From the NCBI RefSeq assembly GCF_006345805.1, contig NC_043009.1, positions 69,998,001 to 70,062,000 of the forward strand: a stretch of 64,000 bases of DNA, read 5' to 3'. The position numbers and the translations under genes are program-made. The first letter of the stretch is position 1. Each line of letters begins with the position of its first letter. The notes under the pieces were generated by a model, which saw only the letters and a list, made by a program, of their open reading frames with translations, had not been told where the DNA came from and did not search any database. The DNA comes from Octopus sinensis (taxonomy: Eukaryota). Below, piece after piece: positions 1 to 13,666 of this stretch.

Positions 1-4
1 CACA

Positions 5-35
<31 letters not shown>

Positions 36-58
36 GCATAAATATATGCATATATGTG

Positions 59-95
<37 letters not shown>

Positions 96-149
96 GCGTG
101 TGTGTATGTACACACACATAGTATTTCTTTCCGCGCTCAGTTCTAATAA

Positions 150-318
150 TTTCAAATTTTGGGAAAAGGCCAGTACTAATTTTGTGGGAGGGGAAGGGAT
201 CAGTCGGTGATGAAGTGATGCTTGTTTGATCGACCCCGAGAGGATAAAAGGCAAAGTCGACCTCGGCGGAAATTGAGCTCAGAACACGAAGACAGACGAA
301 ATGCCTCTAAGCATTTTA
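150..318 (-). mobile_element. tRNA-derived SINE family A, truncated copy
   Basis: Reverse complement of the core GTCGACTTTGCCTTTCATCCTTTCGGGGTCGAT seen in the full copy at 28348. Confidence 0.85.
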
Positions 319-496
319 CCCAAGTATACTTTTGTAGAGTACAAATTTATAATTCTTGTACAAGAATGTTGTGACAGCGACTTTGAAGTTTCGGCCAGCT
401 AAACCATCGGCCGGCTTAGCTATCAAGAATATATATGTGTGTGTGTGTGTGTGTATATACACATACACATACACGCACACATATATACTCACACAC

Positions 497-540
<44 letters not shown>

Positions 541-939
541 TAATCGTAAGGCAATAGAAATAATGTTGCTATTGGTATGAACATGAATATTAAAAGCGAA
601 TAAGACTCCAAGGAGTATTCCACAAAATAAATTCTTAAATTATTGAAAATGTCAATCTCTTTCGAGAGAAGAATAAAGACAAGCCTTGTAATAATTGTAA
701 CTTATGAGAAGGAAAGAGACAATTGCAAGAACTATCGATTCTTGGAAACACAACAATAACCAAAAGACACGTTGATTGCCTGAAGATAAGTAGACAGCAA
801 CATGGGTAAGCGTCTGCCTCACAAGGCGTCATTAGCAATTAACTCACCTCGTATCCAGGAGGTGAGAAACTGAGATATATATAGGAAAAAATGGGTAGAA
901 AATATTCACTGTTGACACAAGGCATTTGTTTATTCCCCA

Positions 940-978
<39 letters not shown>

Positions 979-1466
979 TTTTCTCTTTCTCTCAGGGAAG
1001 ATATTTTTAATAAAAATATTTCATTTATGCTTTGTCGTAAAAATTGTACACACAGACACATGCATAGCTGGAGGGATAGATATTTATGAGCGTATGAACA
1101 TATATATATATATACATACATGTGTGTATGTGTGTGTATACATCTATAAATACTCCCACACATATATATACCTCCGTGTGTGTGTGTGTCTACAGACAAA
1201 TAAACTTTTCTTTTTCTTTCTACTCTACCATTAATCTCCTGCCAAAATATCTAACTCTTCCATAAAAAACCCCACTAGAAACCGCTGTCGTAATTGCTAT
1301 TAACGAGGCTTGGCTGAAGTAAATTACCAGTCAATTTATGCCAGTATTGACTAAATATAAAAGGTCATTTGACAAGATAAAAACGAAATAGGAATATTTG
1401 TCGAATTCTGTGGAATTTACGCTCTTATTAGTTGTTATATTATTTAGTTTTGGCGAAGAGAAATAT

Positions 1467-1509
<43 letters not shown>

Positions 1510-2009
1510 TCCTTATGAAATACAGAAGAGCAAAACGATAGAGGCTGTATGCGGTCACTCGGTGTCGCAGCAATAGTGGTAAAATTACCCATAAATCACC
1601 CTCTATTGCCTTAAAAATTGATACGTTAGATGAAATTGTTATGATTTTCCTGTACAAAGAGAGGGAAAGGTTACAGTTAGAAATATCTGATGGTGTTGAC
1701 TAACGTAAAAGTTTGTGAAATGTTTTATGAAAGAAACAAATACCAGCGTGAGTCCTTTCGCTGCTAAATCTTTTATAGTTTCCTTTATCTCAGCAGGAAG
1801 AACTGTAAGACGCTGAAGGGTGTGCGAAGACTCTTCTCAGATGAGGAGGAGATGGTTGATGGTCGGCTTGGACCTTAGTTGTTTGGTGCTCAGGGTAAAT
1901 TGAGGCGAGGAAAACGAAGGAGCTTGTTCTCGTTCTGCTGAAAATAACAGCCAAACACTCTTCATACAATAACCTTCTATCTTAGTATAAACGAACTCCT
2001 CATTGATCA

Positions 2010-3080
2010 GAGCTTTGATAACTTTGATAGCTTTCGGCCAGTAAAGGCCCAGGCCATGTCTAACTCAACAGCACCCCCTGGTGAAGTCTTTTAGTCATAT
2101 ATGGGGCACCATATTCCACTCTAGCAAAGAGTTATTATTGTTGGAGAGATATCCGAGTGTAGGAGGTTGGTCCGGGATTTTTGAAAAAATTTGTCCAGTG
2201 AATTTTTGAATTTTATGGGATCCGTTTCCGTTTTGATGTATTTTGGTATGATATTAAAGAGAGCTAGACCGGTTGAGGTAAAGTAGTTGTGATGTAATGT
2301 TGTTATGTGTCTGGAGTTCGATTTTTGTAGTGGGCGGATAGCACGGGGGCCAAGTCTTGGATGGATTTTAAAATTGATGCCAACATCATTTGTGCAATAT
2401 TGATGGAATATTTTCCACATAACACAAATGATGTAGCGCTCCAGGTGGCGTTGGAGAGAGTAGAGGTTGAGATTTTTTAGTCGACCCCCAATAATCAATG
2501 CCTCTCATGCAGTCTATCTTTCTTGTTATTACTTTCATAATGAGTTGCTTCGTATGGGGGGAGGGGCACAGTGGGCAACAGTACTCAAGGTGGGGTCGGG
2601 CAAAAGTAGAGTAGAGAAGGATGATGGAGTAGGCATCTCTAGATCGGAAAATTCTCAGAATCGAGGAGAACATCTTGCGAGCCAAGTCAACCTTGCTGTT
2701 TACGTGGGAACTCCAGCTTAGATTGTCATCAACAATTACTCCAAGATCTCTGGTGTTGTTGGATGACACTAGCGAGTCGCCCGAGGGAAGAGCATATGGT
2801 AATTTCAGAGATTCCTCTTTTCCAAAGTGGATCAAATCAAACTTATCTTTGTTTAAAAGCATATTGTTTTTTTCCCACCCATTGGACAATAGAAAACAGA
2901 TCTGACTGAAGGTATGTTCGGTCTCTCATGCCGTTTATGGCTTTCTGGAGTTTGGAATTATCTGAAAGTATTTTCAATGTAGAATGTTTGATGATATCTA
3001 CTATGTCAGTCATGTGAATAATGAAGGGGAGTGGGCCCAACACAGTACCTGGCGGGACACCACTACTGATTTTGTTCTAG
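2010..3080 (-). mobile_element. CR1/L2-group LINE, 3' fragment (RT C-terminal half plus 3' UTR), frameshifted
   Basis: Overlapping minus ORFs 2843-3043, 2386-2889 and 2121-2498 give LGPLPFIIH..ILSDNSK (decayed YADD), RDLGVIVDDNLSWSSHV, ARPHLEYCCPL and RLKNLNLYSLQR. The element ends in short TATCAAAG tail repeats. Confidence 0.9.
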
Positions 3081-3584
3081 ATAAGTATGTAGCACACACA
3101 CACTTCCCACAACACATACACAGGCACAGAAAAGGTCCAACGAGGGTTCAGAATGGAAAACAAAAGAGGGATTGTTACAGCGCGAAAGCCTTTGGCGATG
3201 CCTTTGCTGGATCAATATCTAATTCGAGGATGAACTTTAACAAAGATAAGAAAACCACTGAGGGGTGATTAGAGTTCCAGAGCTTCAGAAGGTGTTGTTT
3301 AGTGGAGGGTTAATACGAATTGAGAAATACCATAGAAAAGAAAATAAGTGGTCGGTGCAGGTTTCAAGGTTGAGGCACAGTAGGTGTAGCGAGGGGATGA
3401 TGAGTATGTGAACCAAGAGGGAAATTCATTGGCAGGTTGCATGCTGGCTGGCTTGTTCATAGTCAGTATTACAAACTCACAAGGAACGAAAATATAGCGT
3501 TTTTGTGACCTACTAACGTTTGCTGTCGAAAAACCAGATGGCCTTCTTGTCTCCTAATACTAACAACGCCTGCTACTGCTCGTC

Positions 3585-3632
3585 AGCAGCAGCAGCAGCA
3601 GCAACACCCCCACTACTACAACTACAACTACA

Positions 3633-3664
<32 letters not shown>

Positions 3665-3665
3665 A
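3585..3665. repeat. Compound (CAG)n/(ACTACA)n/(CTA)n microsatellite
   Basis: Read directly from the sequence. Confidence 0.9.
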
Positions 3666-4319
3666 GTAGCGCTGCCAAACTTACTTCCATTACACCCTAT
3701 GAACATTTATCCTCATTTATTTTCTCCTCTGTCAAAACCAATGTCAGCTATTTCGACCCCCCTCTCTCTCTACCCGGCTTCCTACACCTCCTACTATCTC
3801 CATCCTTTTCCCTCCATTACTGTAAGGAAGGGCAAATCTGGAACGACAACAACCACACTCGCAGTAGCATAGGAACAATAACAACAAATACAGGCAAGAA
3901 GAGAAACTCAGCCACCATATTCCAATGACACAAACAGTAGAAGCGTCAGTGATAAAAAGGAAACGGTGGTGGTGGAGGTGGTGGTGAGGGGGGTAGAGAG
4001 AAAATAAACACGAACCACATCTGAGCGCCATAAACCAAAAAAAAAAAGAAAAAAAAGAAAAAAACTGAACAATAATTTCAAGTAATGGCAATAACAACAA
4101 GTGTAAGAGCAAGGGAAAATATGTAAACAGCTAACCTAGATGAGAGCAACGATTATTAACGGATGATTATCCCATTAAAGTGACATCTATTTTACTAGTC
4201 TATCACATGACCTACCATTGCTCGCTTGTTGACTGCCACTGCTGTAGAAGCATTCTCTCACTACCGCCAGACCCAATCTTCCCCAATCTGCACTGTCTCT
4301 ATTCTCTTTATTTTTTTTT

Positions 4320-4470
4320 TTTTACTTCAGTCATTGGATTGCGGCCATGCTGGAACACCATTTAGTAGGATTTTATTCGAATAAATTGAACCCAGTAATT
4401 ATTTGGTTCTTACTTGTCGCTTATGTAAAAACGGGGGCGGACTAACGAGCCCCTGTTTTTAAGCAGAGAA
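4320..4470 (-). mobile_element. SINE family B, degraded 3' tail
   Basis: TTCAGTCATTGGATTGCGGCCATGCTGGAACACC matches the tail of the copies at 35248 and 51650. Confidence 0.7.
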
Positions 4471-5843
4471 ACGAACAAACAGGAGCATATGAAACTTTTT
4501 CTGTCAATTGATCTTCTTAGTTATCTTCTAGAATTTAGAAAGTATTTAAATGTTTATTGTACGAGATTTTGTCAATCAATTTCTTACCTAACAGCAGTTG
4601 TTCGAAGTTTTCCCATTTACCGTAAGAACCTATAATATTTAGCGAAAATCAATAGAGATTCTGAAATATAAAGATAACAATTTAAAGACAGCTAAAATTA
4701 TTGGTTTTGAGTCTTCTTACTGACTTGTTAAGTGGGAATCTGGGTAAGTGTTTTTTTTTTAGTTCATGGGTAGGCGTAAGGGTATATATTGTCTTACGCC
4801 TATAAGCGCAGCCTATCCACGAACTGGCAAAATACATAACTCAAGTATGTGTGTTCGATATTGTTTATATCCTCGAGTTGCTTTTTATTCATATTTGAAT
4901 GTGTGTGTGTGTGTGTGTGTGTGTGTACGTGTGTGTGTGTGCGTGTGTGCGTGCGTGTGTATGTATGTATGTGTGGTGTGTGTGTGTGTGTGTGTGCGTG
5001 TGCGTGCGTGTGTGTGCGTGTGTGTGTAAACAATCTGGACTTTTTGCAATATGGCATTCGGAAACTAATGCACCGCGTTCAAAACATTGTTTTCTTTTGC
5101 TATTTTATCGAAAATTGTATCTAACGACGCCATTATTTACCACATGCGACATAAAACATAGAAAACAAACAACTATTAGTTTTACGAATGTACATTTACC
5201 TGCAATAGTTTTAATATTTGATGTTATTCAAACAAATACCTATATTCATTAGAATAATCTGTTATTAAATTCTAATTAAAACCCTCTGTCTTTTTTTTCT
5301 CTCCGTTTTTTTGAAGATTCTGTTCTGATACATCATATGTTCCAGTTATCAAACTCCGCGTTTTTGTTTGTCTCAAAAACTCTTTGATTTGCAGTTATTG
5401 ATCTTTTTTTTAATGTGTTTTAATCAATTTAGTCTATTTTTTCTGCTTTTCTTTTTTGGCTTTTAGAGTTGTGGAAAGTAGAGATTTCGTTTTCTATAAA
5501 TACTTAGATCGTTGCCTCGAAGATTTCCTGGATGTCTGACCGATCTAGTGAAATTATGAAGTTGGCGATATCAATGTTTACACAAAATAACAACAAGAAA
5601 CAACGAGAGGCGCAAAAAAGAAATAAAAATCGTATTAAGAACGATATTCATTAAGATAACTTTCGATTGACTTTCCATTCTGTCGCTGTTTATCAATAAT
5701 TTATGCTGCAATCAAAAAGTCTACATGTATAGCAAAAGTTTTGTTAAACTTTCTATTTCATGTCTTGGCATGAGAACTCAGTTATCAACAGCGAAACTTA
5801 AACTGGGTTAATTGATATTCTACTAGTTAAATCAGCATGGACA

Positions 5844-5887
<44 letters not shown>

Positions 5888-6449
5888 ACACACACACACA
5901 CACACATACACACACACACACACACACATACACACACACATACGCGCGCGCATAGATGATAATAATAATAATAATAATATATTTGTAAAATAGATCGATG
6001 TTCTGACTAATTACGGGTGTGTCACAAACTGCTTGACACAAAGAAATAGTTTAAGTGTTTTAATCCAGCTTTGCTTAATTAGAAGGCGAATGATATGAAG
6101 CCAAATTATGGATTCAAATTAGAAGTAGACTTTGTAAGTGTATATTTCTAGACATTGTTTAATATCGCGCAACAATTTCTGTTTGTCACAGAAAGTTTTA
6201 TCCCAGGAGCAGAGCAAACAAATTAAGAGTTCGCTGCTCTCCTGCCAAGGACGAACAAAAACTGAGACATGTCCAGACATGCCTTGATTATATTCAAACA
6301 TCAGAGTTACTCTCCTCTACATTCCAGATTTAATTACTTTAAATTGATTTTAATTAAGGGAAATCCAGTATTGTGCCTTTTGGTCTACTCTTTTAACAAG
6401 TATATATGTACATCTTATACGACGGTTTCTATCTATCTATCTATCTATC

Positions 6450-6499
<50 letters not shown>

Positions 6500-6592
6500 C
6501 TATATGAATACACATACACATTATGTGTGTGTTGTGTGTGTGTGTGTGTGTGTGTGTGTTTGTATGTATGTATCAATATACATGTATGCATT

Positions 6593-6745
6593 AAGGCGGC
6601 GCGCTGGCAGAATCGTTAGCACGTCGGAGAAAGCTCTTAGTAGCATTTCATTTGTCTTTACGTTCTGAGTTCAAATGATTCCGAAATCGGCTTCGCCTTT
6701 CATTCTTTCGGCGTCGATGAAATAAATACTAGTTGAACCGGGTTT
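6593..6745 (+). mobile_element. SINE family A, degraded copy
   Basis: AAGGCGGCGCGCTGGCAGAATCGTTAGCACG head, GTTCTGAGTTCAAA B-box region and a degraded core. Confidence 0.85.
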
Positions 6746-9039
6746 GATGAGCCTTTAATTCTGTTAATGTTTGTTATTTTGATGTCTATGAAAATATTCC
6801 TTATAAAATGCACACTCACGCATCTTGACGGCTCATACACATACAAGAACAGAAAGAGAGAGAGAGAAATCAGGGGTAAATGTATGTATTTTGTGGTGGT
6901 ATTATATGTAGTATGTTTTCGTTGAGGGAATCAAATTTGAGGCGAAATATTTACCAGGTCGAATAATTTTTCCTACATTGGAGATATGAATTGTAGGGTA
7001 TATTAGCACATTAGCTAAACAAATTAGCAATTTTATATATAGTTTCTCTTTCTGGCTTAATTCTTCTCTTCTCTAATATCCCACAATGTGATATGGTATC
7101 CGCTGGAGAATATTGATATGAATAAATATAGCGACGGACAAAATGGCGAAAGTGATAAAAAATCTTTTAATGTTCAACCGGAACAAGATTAACAAGAATA
7201 AAGCGTTACTATTAAGCCACGATAATTCTTTACCCGGGAAGTGTAGGATGTATAGTAAACATAATTTTGCATTTAAGCCCTTTCTCTCATGGTTTGTTGT
7301 GAAGAAATAAATCTGTGTTAATTTTACGATCAATACAACATGGTGAGAAGTGGGAGATCTAAAATGGTTATCAAATCGACAAACAATCAATCGTTCGGGA
7401 TTCGATTTTATGGGTTTAATTTCTTAACGCTGGCGTACCGGAGTAGAAAAAGATCTGGGGATTCAATAGAATTTCGATAGCATTGTGCTTATTGTTATTA
7501 TGGTCAATAGTGAGAATACGTCTGAGTTAAACAAGGCATTACAGAACGAGGCAACGTGGGAGTATCTACATGGATGCTTGATATGCTAGAGATAGTAACC
7601 AAAACACCTCTAAACCACAACTCACTATTTTGAAAAGTTGACAATCTACGTTTCTAATTCAGTATAGCAGAGTAAATCAACTTCTCGAGACGCAGGCTTT
7701 TACGACAAACAGACAGAAACTATTTGATAACAACAATTGGATATTGTAGTCTGGGTTACATTATTACTAAAGAATCAAAAGGGATAGTTATAGCTGAAAT
7801 GATTTCAGTTCCTTAGTATGCTCGTTCAGGGCCGACAGAAGGTTATATACATCAGAAACTTTCTTGTGCTTCCTGAGTCTGTGGATATGCACCCGTAAAA
7901 TTCTAAGAGAGAAACCTGGATAAGGTTTTTCGTCTGGAAGAGCAATTATAGTGCATGTGTGCAATTTTCCAGTCGCCACGCCACTATTCTGGTACAGAGA
8001 AAAGGCAAATGTCAATAAAGTTTAAAACCAGAATCGTTGGCAGCCTCGTCAGCAAGGTCGGAACTGACATCTCAAGATATTCCGGACCTGGTAATAAACA
8101 ACAACAACAACACAATTTCATGGAACCTATCCCCATTCCCCAACCATATATTTCGGTCTATTTTAATAGAAAAGTCTCGAAAATTATCGAAATTATAATT
8201 ATATTAATTAAAGTCATCTACTTTTTTATATGAACTAAATTGACGTTTAAATCTGATTCGTCTTCTTTCATCATCTGCGCATGTGTACAAATGGTAGATA
8301 TGTGTGTGCGTGTGTGTAGATATATGTGTATGTGTTCGAGCTGTTGAATTTCTTACTCCGTTGTTCTTCCGCTTACACTCACTTCATGCAGAGTTTCAAA
8401 TTTGCTGTATAAACTCCATTTCACCTTCAGCTTCATTAACGTCATATGAGCTTTTTAGGAAATTGTAACAACACGCACACGCACACACACACACGCACAC
8501 ACATACACACACGCACACACAAACACACGCACACATGCACGAACATACGAGAGTGTGGAGACATGCATATATTCATACATACACGCAAATACACCATTAT
8601 ACATACACACATATAAGTTGTGAGAGAGCGGAGAAAATAGTTTTGTGCTTCGTTTGTGCCATGCAAGTGCTTCTACTGGATATCAGCAGGACAATGTATG
8701 CATAGATATTCCATCTGATGACAAAGAGAAATATATTACGAGCATTAAAAAACTCTCTCCACCCTATTGACATGGTGCACAAACAAGTCAGGAAAAGATA
8801 TCCAGTTCCAATATGGTTCGCAAGCACAGGAATATGGCTATGCTTCTCTGAGTATGTATCTATGTGTGTACGTGTGTGTGCGCGCACGCTTGTGTACAAT
8901 ATATATATATATATATATATATGAACGTTCATAGATATACTCTGTATATATAGTTGTATATATCGCATGCAAGAGATCTTCAAACTTTCCAATGCCATTT
9001 CCTCCTCTCTGGTTTTATATTCCTGTGTGTTCTGTGAAT

Positions 9040-9150
9040 ATATACATATATACATACATATATGTATATATATATATAATCTATATATATATATATAATA
9101 GTGTGGTGTGTGGGTATATATATATATATATGTGTATATATATAGATATA

Positions 9151-9199
<49 letters not shown>

Positions 9200-9237
9200 G
9201 TGTGGGTATATATATATTATATGTGTGTGTGTATATT

Positions 9238-9330
<93 letters not shown>

Positions 9331-9382
9331 TATGTATATATATATATATGTGTGTATATTATATATATATGTGTGTGGTGTG

Positions 9383-9434
<52 letters not shown>

Positions 9435-9537
9435 GTGTGTATATATATATATATGTGTTATATATATAATATTATATGTGTGGTGTATATATATATATAT
9501 AATATAGATATGTTATATTATATATATGTGTGTGTGT

Positions 9538-9570
<33 letters not shown>

Positions 9571-9574
9571 CTTA

Positions 9575-9620
<46 letters not shown>

Positions 9621-9657
9621 ATATATATATGTATTATTATATATATATGTGTGTGTA

Positions 9658-9688
<31 letters not shown>

Positions 9689-9722
9689 CATATATGTATG
9701 TATGTATGCATATGCATATATG
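9040..9722. repeat. Long degenerate (TA)n/(TG)n microsatellite block
   Basis: About 680 bp of nearly pure TA/TG dinucleotides; the source of the spurious YIYI ORFs. Confidence 0.95.
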
Positions 9723-9863
9723 TAGTAGGACATGTCAAATTTGGGAGGACTGTTTTTATTGGTGCCGCAGAATTGCTAATTTGGACTTCTGCTGGTCCGG
9801 AATATTCTTCGAGACGTATTTCACGAAACTTCCTTGTCCGTGTATGCGGAGACGAACCCTTTG

Positions 9864-9943
<80 letters not shown>

Positions 9944-10710
9944 CACGCACACACACGCGCACATACAAACACATACATACACATAGAGCGCAATGAAGAA
10001 CCAAATTTGATGAAACAAGTACAAGTACAGAAGGAAGTACCATGTGGTGGGGTGGCAACATAAACTAAGGCCCTTCACTGAAATGGCGTCCAACACAGCC
10101 ACATTCCAATAATTGAAACCAGAGGAAAGCTTTAAAAAATTCTCACTAAAGAATGTCTTTCTGTAACCGTTTTCCTTCTGCGTATGAAATAATAATGAAA
10201 AATTAGAACAAAATATATACATAAAAAAAAAAAATTAAGAAACATAATTTTGATAGGGGTTTCAGGGTGGATATCTTTGAGAAAATTTAGTTGTCTCTCA
10301 TAAATATAGGTGGAAAAGTTTCTCATTTATGTAAAAAGTAACAGAACAAGAAAATACGCGATAGAAATGCGAAAAAATTATTCTATCAAAGAAGAAAAGA
10401 AATATACAAATAATGGCAATAGTGAAAAATGAAAAGATAAAATAAAATTGCGTTTGTAATCCATCTTCGCTTTAATGTGATAAGAAGTGGGAAGTTCAAA
10501 CAAAAAACGGTTTACAGTAATTTCACAAAATATATAAAACTGAGGTTCGCAGTTAAAAGAAGGAGTTTAAGGATTTGAAGGAATTCCAAGATTAGAAACA
10601 ATGAAGCTGAATTGAGGGGAAAAATTAACTTTTCATTTCTGTACATGTATATCTGTGTGTGTGTGCGTTTGTGGGTATGCTTCTCTGTGTTGGCATCTAT
10701 GTGTGCGTGT

Positions 10711-10747
<37 letters not shown>

Positions 10748-12426
10748 ATGTGTGTGCGCGCGCGCTTGTGTACAATATATATATATATATATATGTACAT
10801 TCATAGATATACTCTTAAATATACAACTGCATATATAGTTGTATGTATATACATTTCTCATTCTCTCTCTCTCTCTCTCCATACACACACACGCACACAC
10901 ACACACACACACGCACACACACATACATACTTACATACAGGCACACACATATATGGCTGTGTGTGTACTTATGTATGTGTATTTATGTGTGTATGCATGT
11001 ATGTATGTATGTGTGTATGTCTGTGTGTGTACGTATCTGAACGTTGATATGTGTGTTTGTGTGTGTTCACCTATGTGTGTACAGAGTTACTTCTACTTTC
11101 GAAAGTAACTGCGAAGTTGATGAGCCAAAGTCCGGCAGAATATACACAAAGCTCCGATATATAGAAGCACAAATGCGCTCACGCGCGGACACACATATAC
11201 TGTCCCCCCTCTCTCTCTTTCTCTCTCTCTCTCTCGCAGTTGACTCGAAAAAATGCCAGAATATAAATGTTGCCCAAAATGTTTATTCAACAAATGTTTT
11301 GATACAAACAGAAAATCTTTTTGAGATGCTTTTAATTTGAAAGCCATTTGGCTGTAATGAAAGGGACGCTCAAATTACAAAATCGTTTCTATTCTGTGCT
11401 TTATACACATTCACACACACACACACACACGCACGCACACACACGCGTATACTCATGCACACAAATGCGTACAGATGCTCTCTCTGACACACACACACAC
11501 ATACACGTATACACGCACGAACATATACACATCATATAAAGCGAGTTCCAGACGGAGACATTTCGGCGTGCTAGAGATAATAGTTAAAACATGTCTTATA
11601 TAAAAAGAAACGGTTTTGCAATCGTAGATGTTTTTGGTGGTAGAAAAGACGTGGAGGGCATGGCCGGAATGATTTTGATCAAAAGTCTTCGGGTTAAACA
11701 TCAACGACTTATGACTAGCGATATTTCTTCAAATAAGTTAATATGGACTGAATAACTATCGCAAAGAAAGCAAAAAGAAAAGAAAGAAACAAACAAATTA
11801 TTCGTAATTGAAATTTCCCTTTTAGTTGGAGAAAGTAAAACCCTGGCGTTAATTGGTAGAGACGCTCAGAGAAAAGGGGAGATAATTTCAAGAAACTAAA
11901 AGAAAAACGTCTCGCAAAACAAATTTATTTGCTCCAGGGAAATATTATTTGTTATTTTGCGTTTGTTATTTGTGTGTTCATAATGGAGGTTCTACGGTGT
12001 GTGGGGTGGGTGTTTTGCTGGGGGAGACTACAACGTCGTTAACTGTATGTATGTATGTATGTATGCATGCATACAAATATATATGTGTTTGTGTGTGAGT
12101 ATATATACATTTTACGCACATACATACACACACACATAGAAATTTCATTTTATATTTAAATACTTTTCCTTTCCTGTTTGTTTCAAGATGTTTAACCTAA
12201 ATTTCTCATTTCCTTCGTCTCTTACAAGAAAATAAAGTTTCACACACAATCCATAGACCGAAATTAATGAATTCAAAACATTTCATTAGGCGAAAAAATA
12301 TATTTGTTTTGTTTTGTTTCAATTTATCTAAAAAAATTTATTCCCCCCCCTCCTCCTCCTTTCACCTCTCTTTCTCTTTCTTCTTTTCCTACTACTTTAA
12401 TTTCTTCTTCGTCATCATCCTCCTCA

Positions 12427-12620
12427 GAGCTGGCAGAATCGTTAGCACGCTGGGCGAAATGCTTAGTGGCATTTCTTCCATCTTTACGCTCCGAGTTCAA
12501 ATTTCACCGAGGTCGGCTTTGCCTTTCAATCCTTCTGGATCAATGAAATTATAGCTGAGCACTGGGCTCAATGTAATCAACACGACCCCTTCCTCGACAA
12601 GTTTGGACCCTTGTACCTAC
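12427..12620 (+). mobile_element. SINE family A copy
   Basis: GAGCTGGCAGAATCGTTAGCACGCTGGGCGAAATGCTTAG...GAGTTCAAATTTCACCGAGGTCGGCTTTGCCTTTC. Confidence 0.85.
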
Positions 12621-12671
12621 AGTCACAACTTGGCAAAAGAGGTTGAGTGTCCCTCCTTTCAGATGTTTATA

Positions 12672-12709
<38 letters not shown>

Positions 12710-12759
12710 AGAGAGAGAGAGAAAGGGATAGATAGATATGTAAATACATTTGTGTGTGA

Positions 12760-12984
12760 TCTGGGAATTTTTATGGATACTTGAAGGAGTTTTCAATTGT
12801 TATATTTACTTTACATGAAAGTATTATAATGTTGCGTTCTTTGATTATCTCCCTTGAAAACATGGTCATCGTTTGCACGTAACCTATGGTGGTATTGCTG
12901 TTTCCAAAGTCTATTTTCGTTTCTCTATTAGGCATTTTACTCGCGTATCTATCATAAAATGAGCTGCTTGGCAGAGGTCTGCGG
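12760..12984 (+). mobile_element. Helentron-type non-autonomous element (HINE-like), 3' part
   Basis: Ends in GAGCTGCTTGGCAGAGGTCTGCG, the same subterminal motif as at 13624-13645. Confidence 0.5.
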
Positions 12985-13165
12985 AGGATGACATGACAAG
13001 CCTTGACTATTGGGATCGACTCAAAAAGGGTCTCTGAAAACAACAACCCTCTGCTTGAATGGGTTACGGTCCCCCAGAGCTGACTGTGTGTCTCTTCCAG
13101 GTGATGCTATTAAATTAGACATGGCCTGAGTCAACTTCGGCCGAAACTAATCTAAGTAATCTAAT
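12985..13165 (+). mobile_element. CR1-like LINE 3' end, internally deleted
   Basis: Encodes MTSLDYWDRLKK (compare IDYWG/RLKN at about 2500, minus strand), then a 3' UTR TTAGACATGGCC...GGCCGAAA homologous to 2030-2070. Confidence 0.7.
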
Positions 13166-13545
13166 CTATGCTGTAACCTTTTAATCAAAGCATGACAACA
13201 TGGGTAGACGCTGTTATCTTGACATTTCTGATGGTCTTAAGTATAAAAAAGAATTATTAAAGATTTATATAGAACTACATTCAGAATATGTCTATAAGCG
13301 ATTGTGCTTAGACCTGGTTTCTATCCTCAAACTGTTCCGTTTTGTAGATGCAATTTTTTTCTTCTTTTTAATAAAGTACTCCGAAATAAGAAAAATCAAA
13401 ACTCTGCAACAATCTCGGTCCCATGAGTATCGGATAATGGATTTTCAACTGAGTAAAGAAACTGATTGTGGTGATCGTAGTTTTGACGGTGATTGTGGTG
13501 AAAGCAGAAACAGTGTTGATGATGACGATGGTCGAGATAAGTATG

Positions 13546-13666
13546 GGAAGAGGTTATGTTTTTACCGGCGTTGGATTGGGAAATTGGGCGATTTTCAGCA
13601 TGCGTGTATATAAGTGGAAATTAGCTGCTTGGCGGAGGTCTGCGCTCTCCGAGTGCTTTCCTAGTT
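13546..13666 (+). mobile_element. Helentron-type non-autonomous element (HINE-like), internally deleted
   Basis: 5' GAGGTTATGTTTTTACCGGCGTT. 3' CTTGGCGGAGG subterminal motif followed by hairpin GCGCTC-TCC-GAGTGC and TTTCCTAGTT. This matches recalled HINE/DINE-like end architecture. Confidence 0.6.

Noticed and set aside
7788-8233. Overlapping non-repetitive ORFs (7788-8015 minus, 7955-8233 plus)
   Set aside because: No recognisable domain or convincing splice-site pair; the region also contains a weak fold-back near 8010.
11119-11146. TTGATGA-GCC-AAAGTCC-GGC-AGAA, hammerhead-like
   Set aside because: Both core boxes deviate from consensus, and there is no stem I or III and no cleavage triplet.
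13200-13613. 137-aa ORF starting MGRRCYLD
   Set aside because: It runs through low-complexity GAT-rich sequence into a HINE remnant; no recognisable domain.
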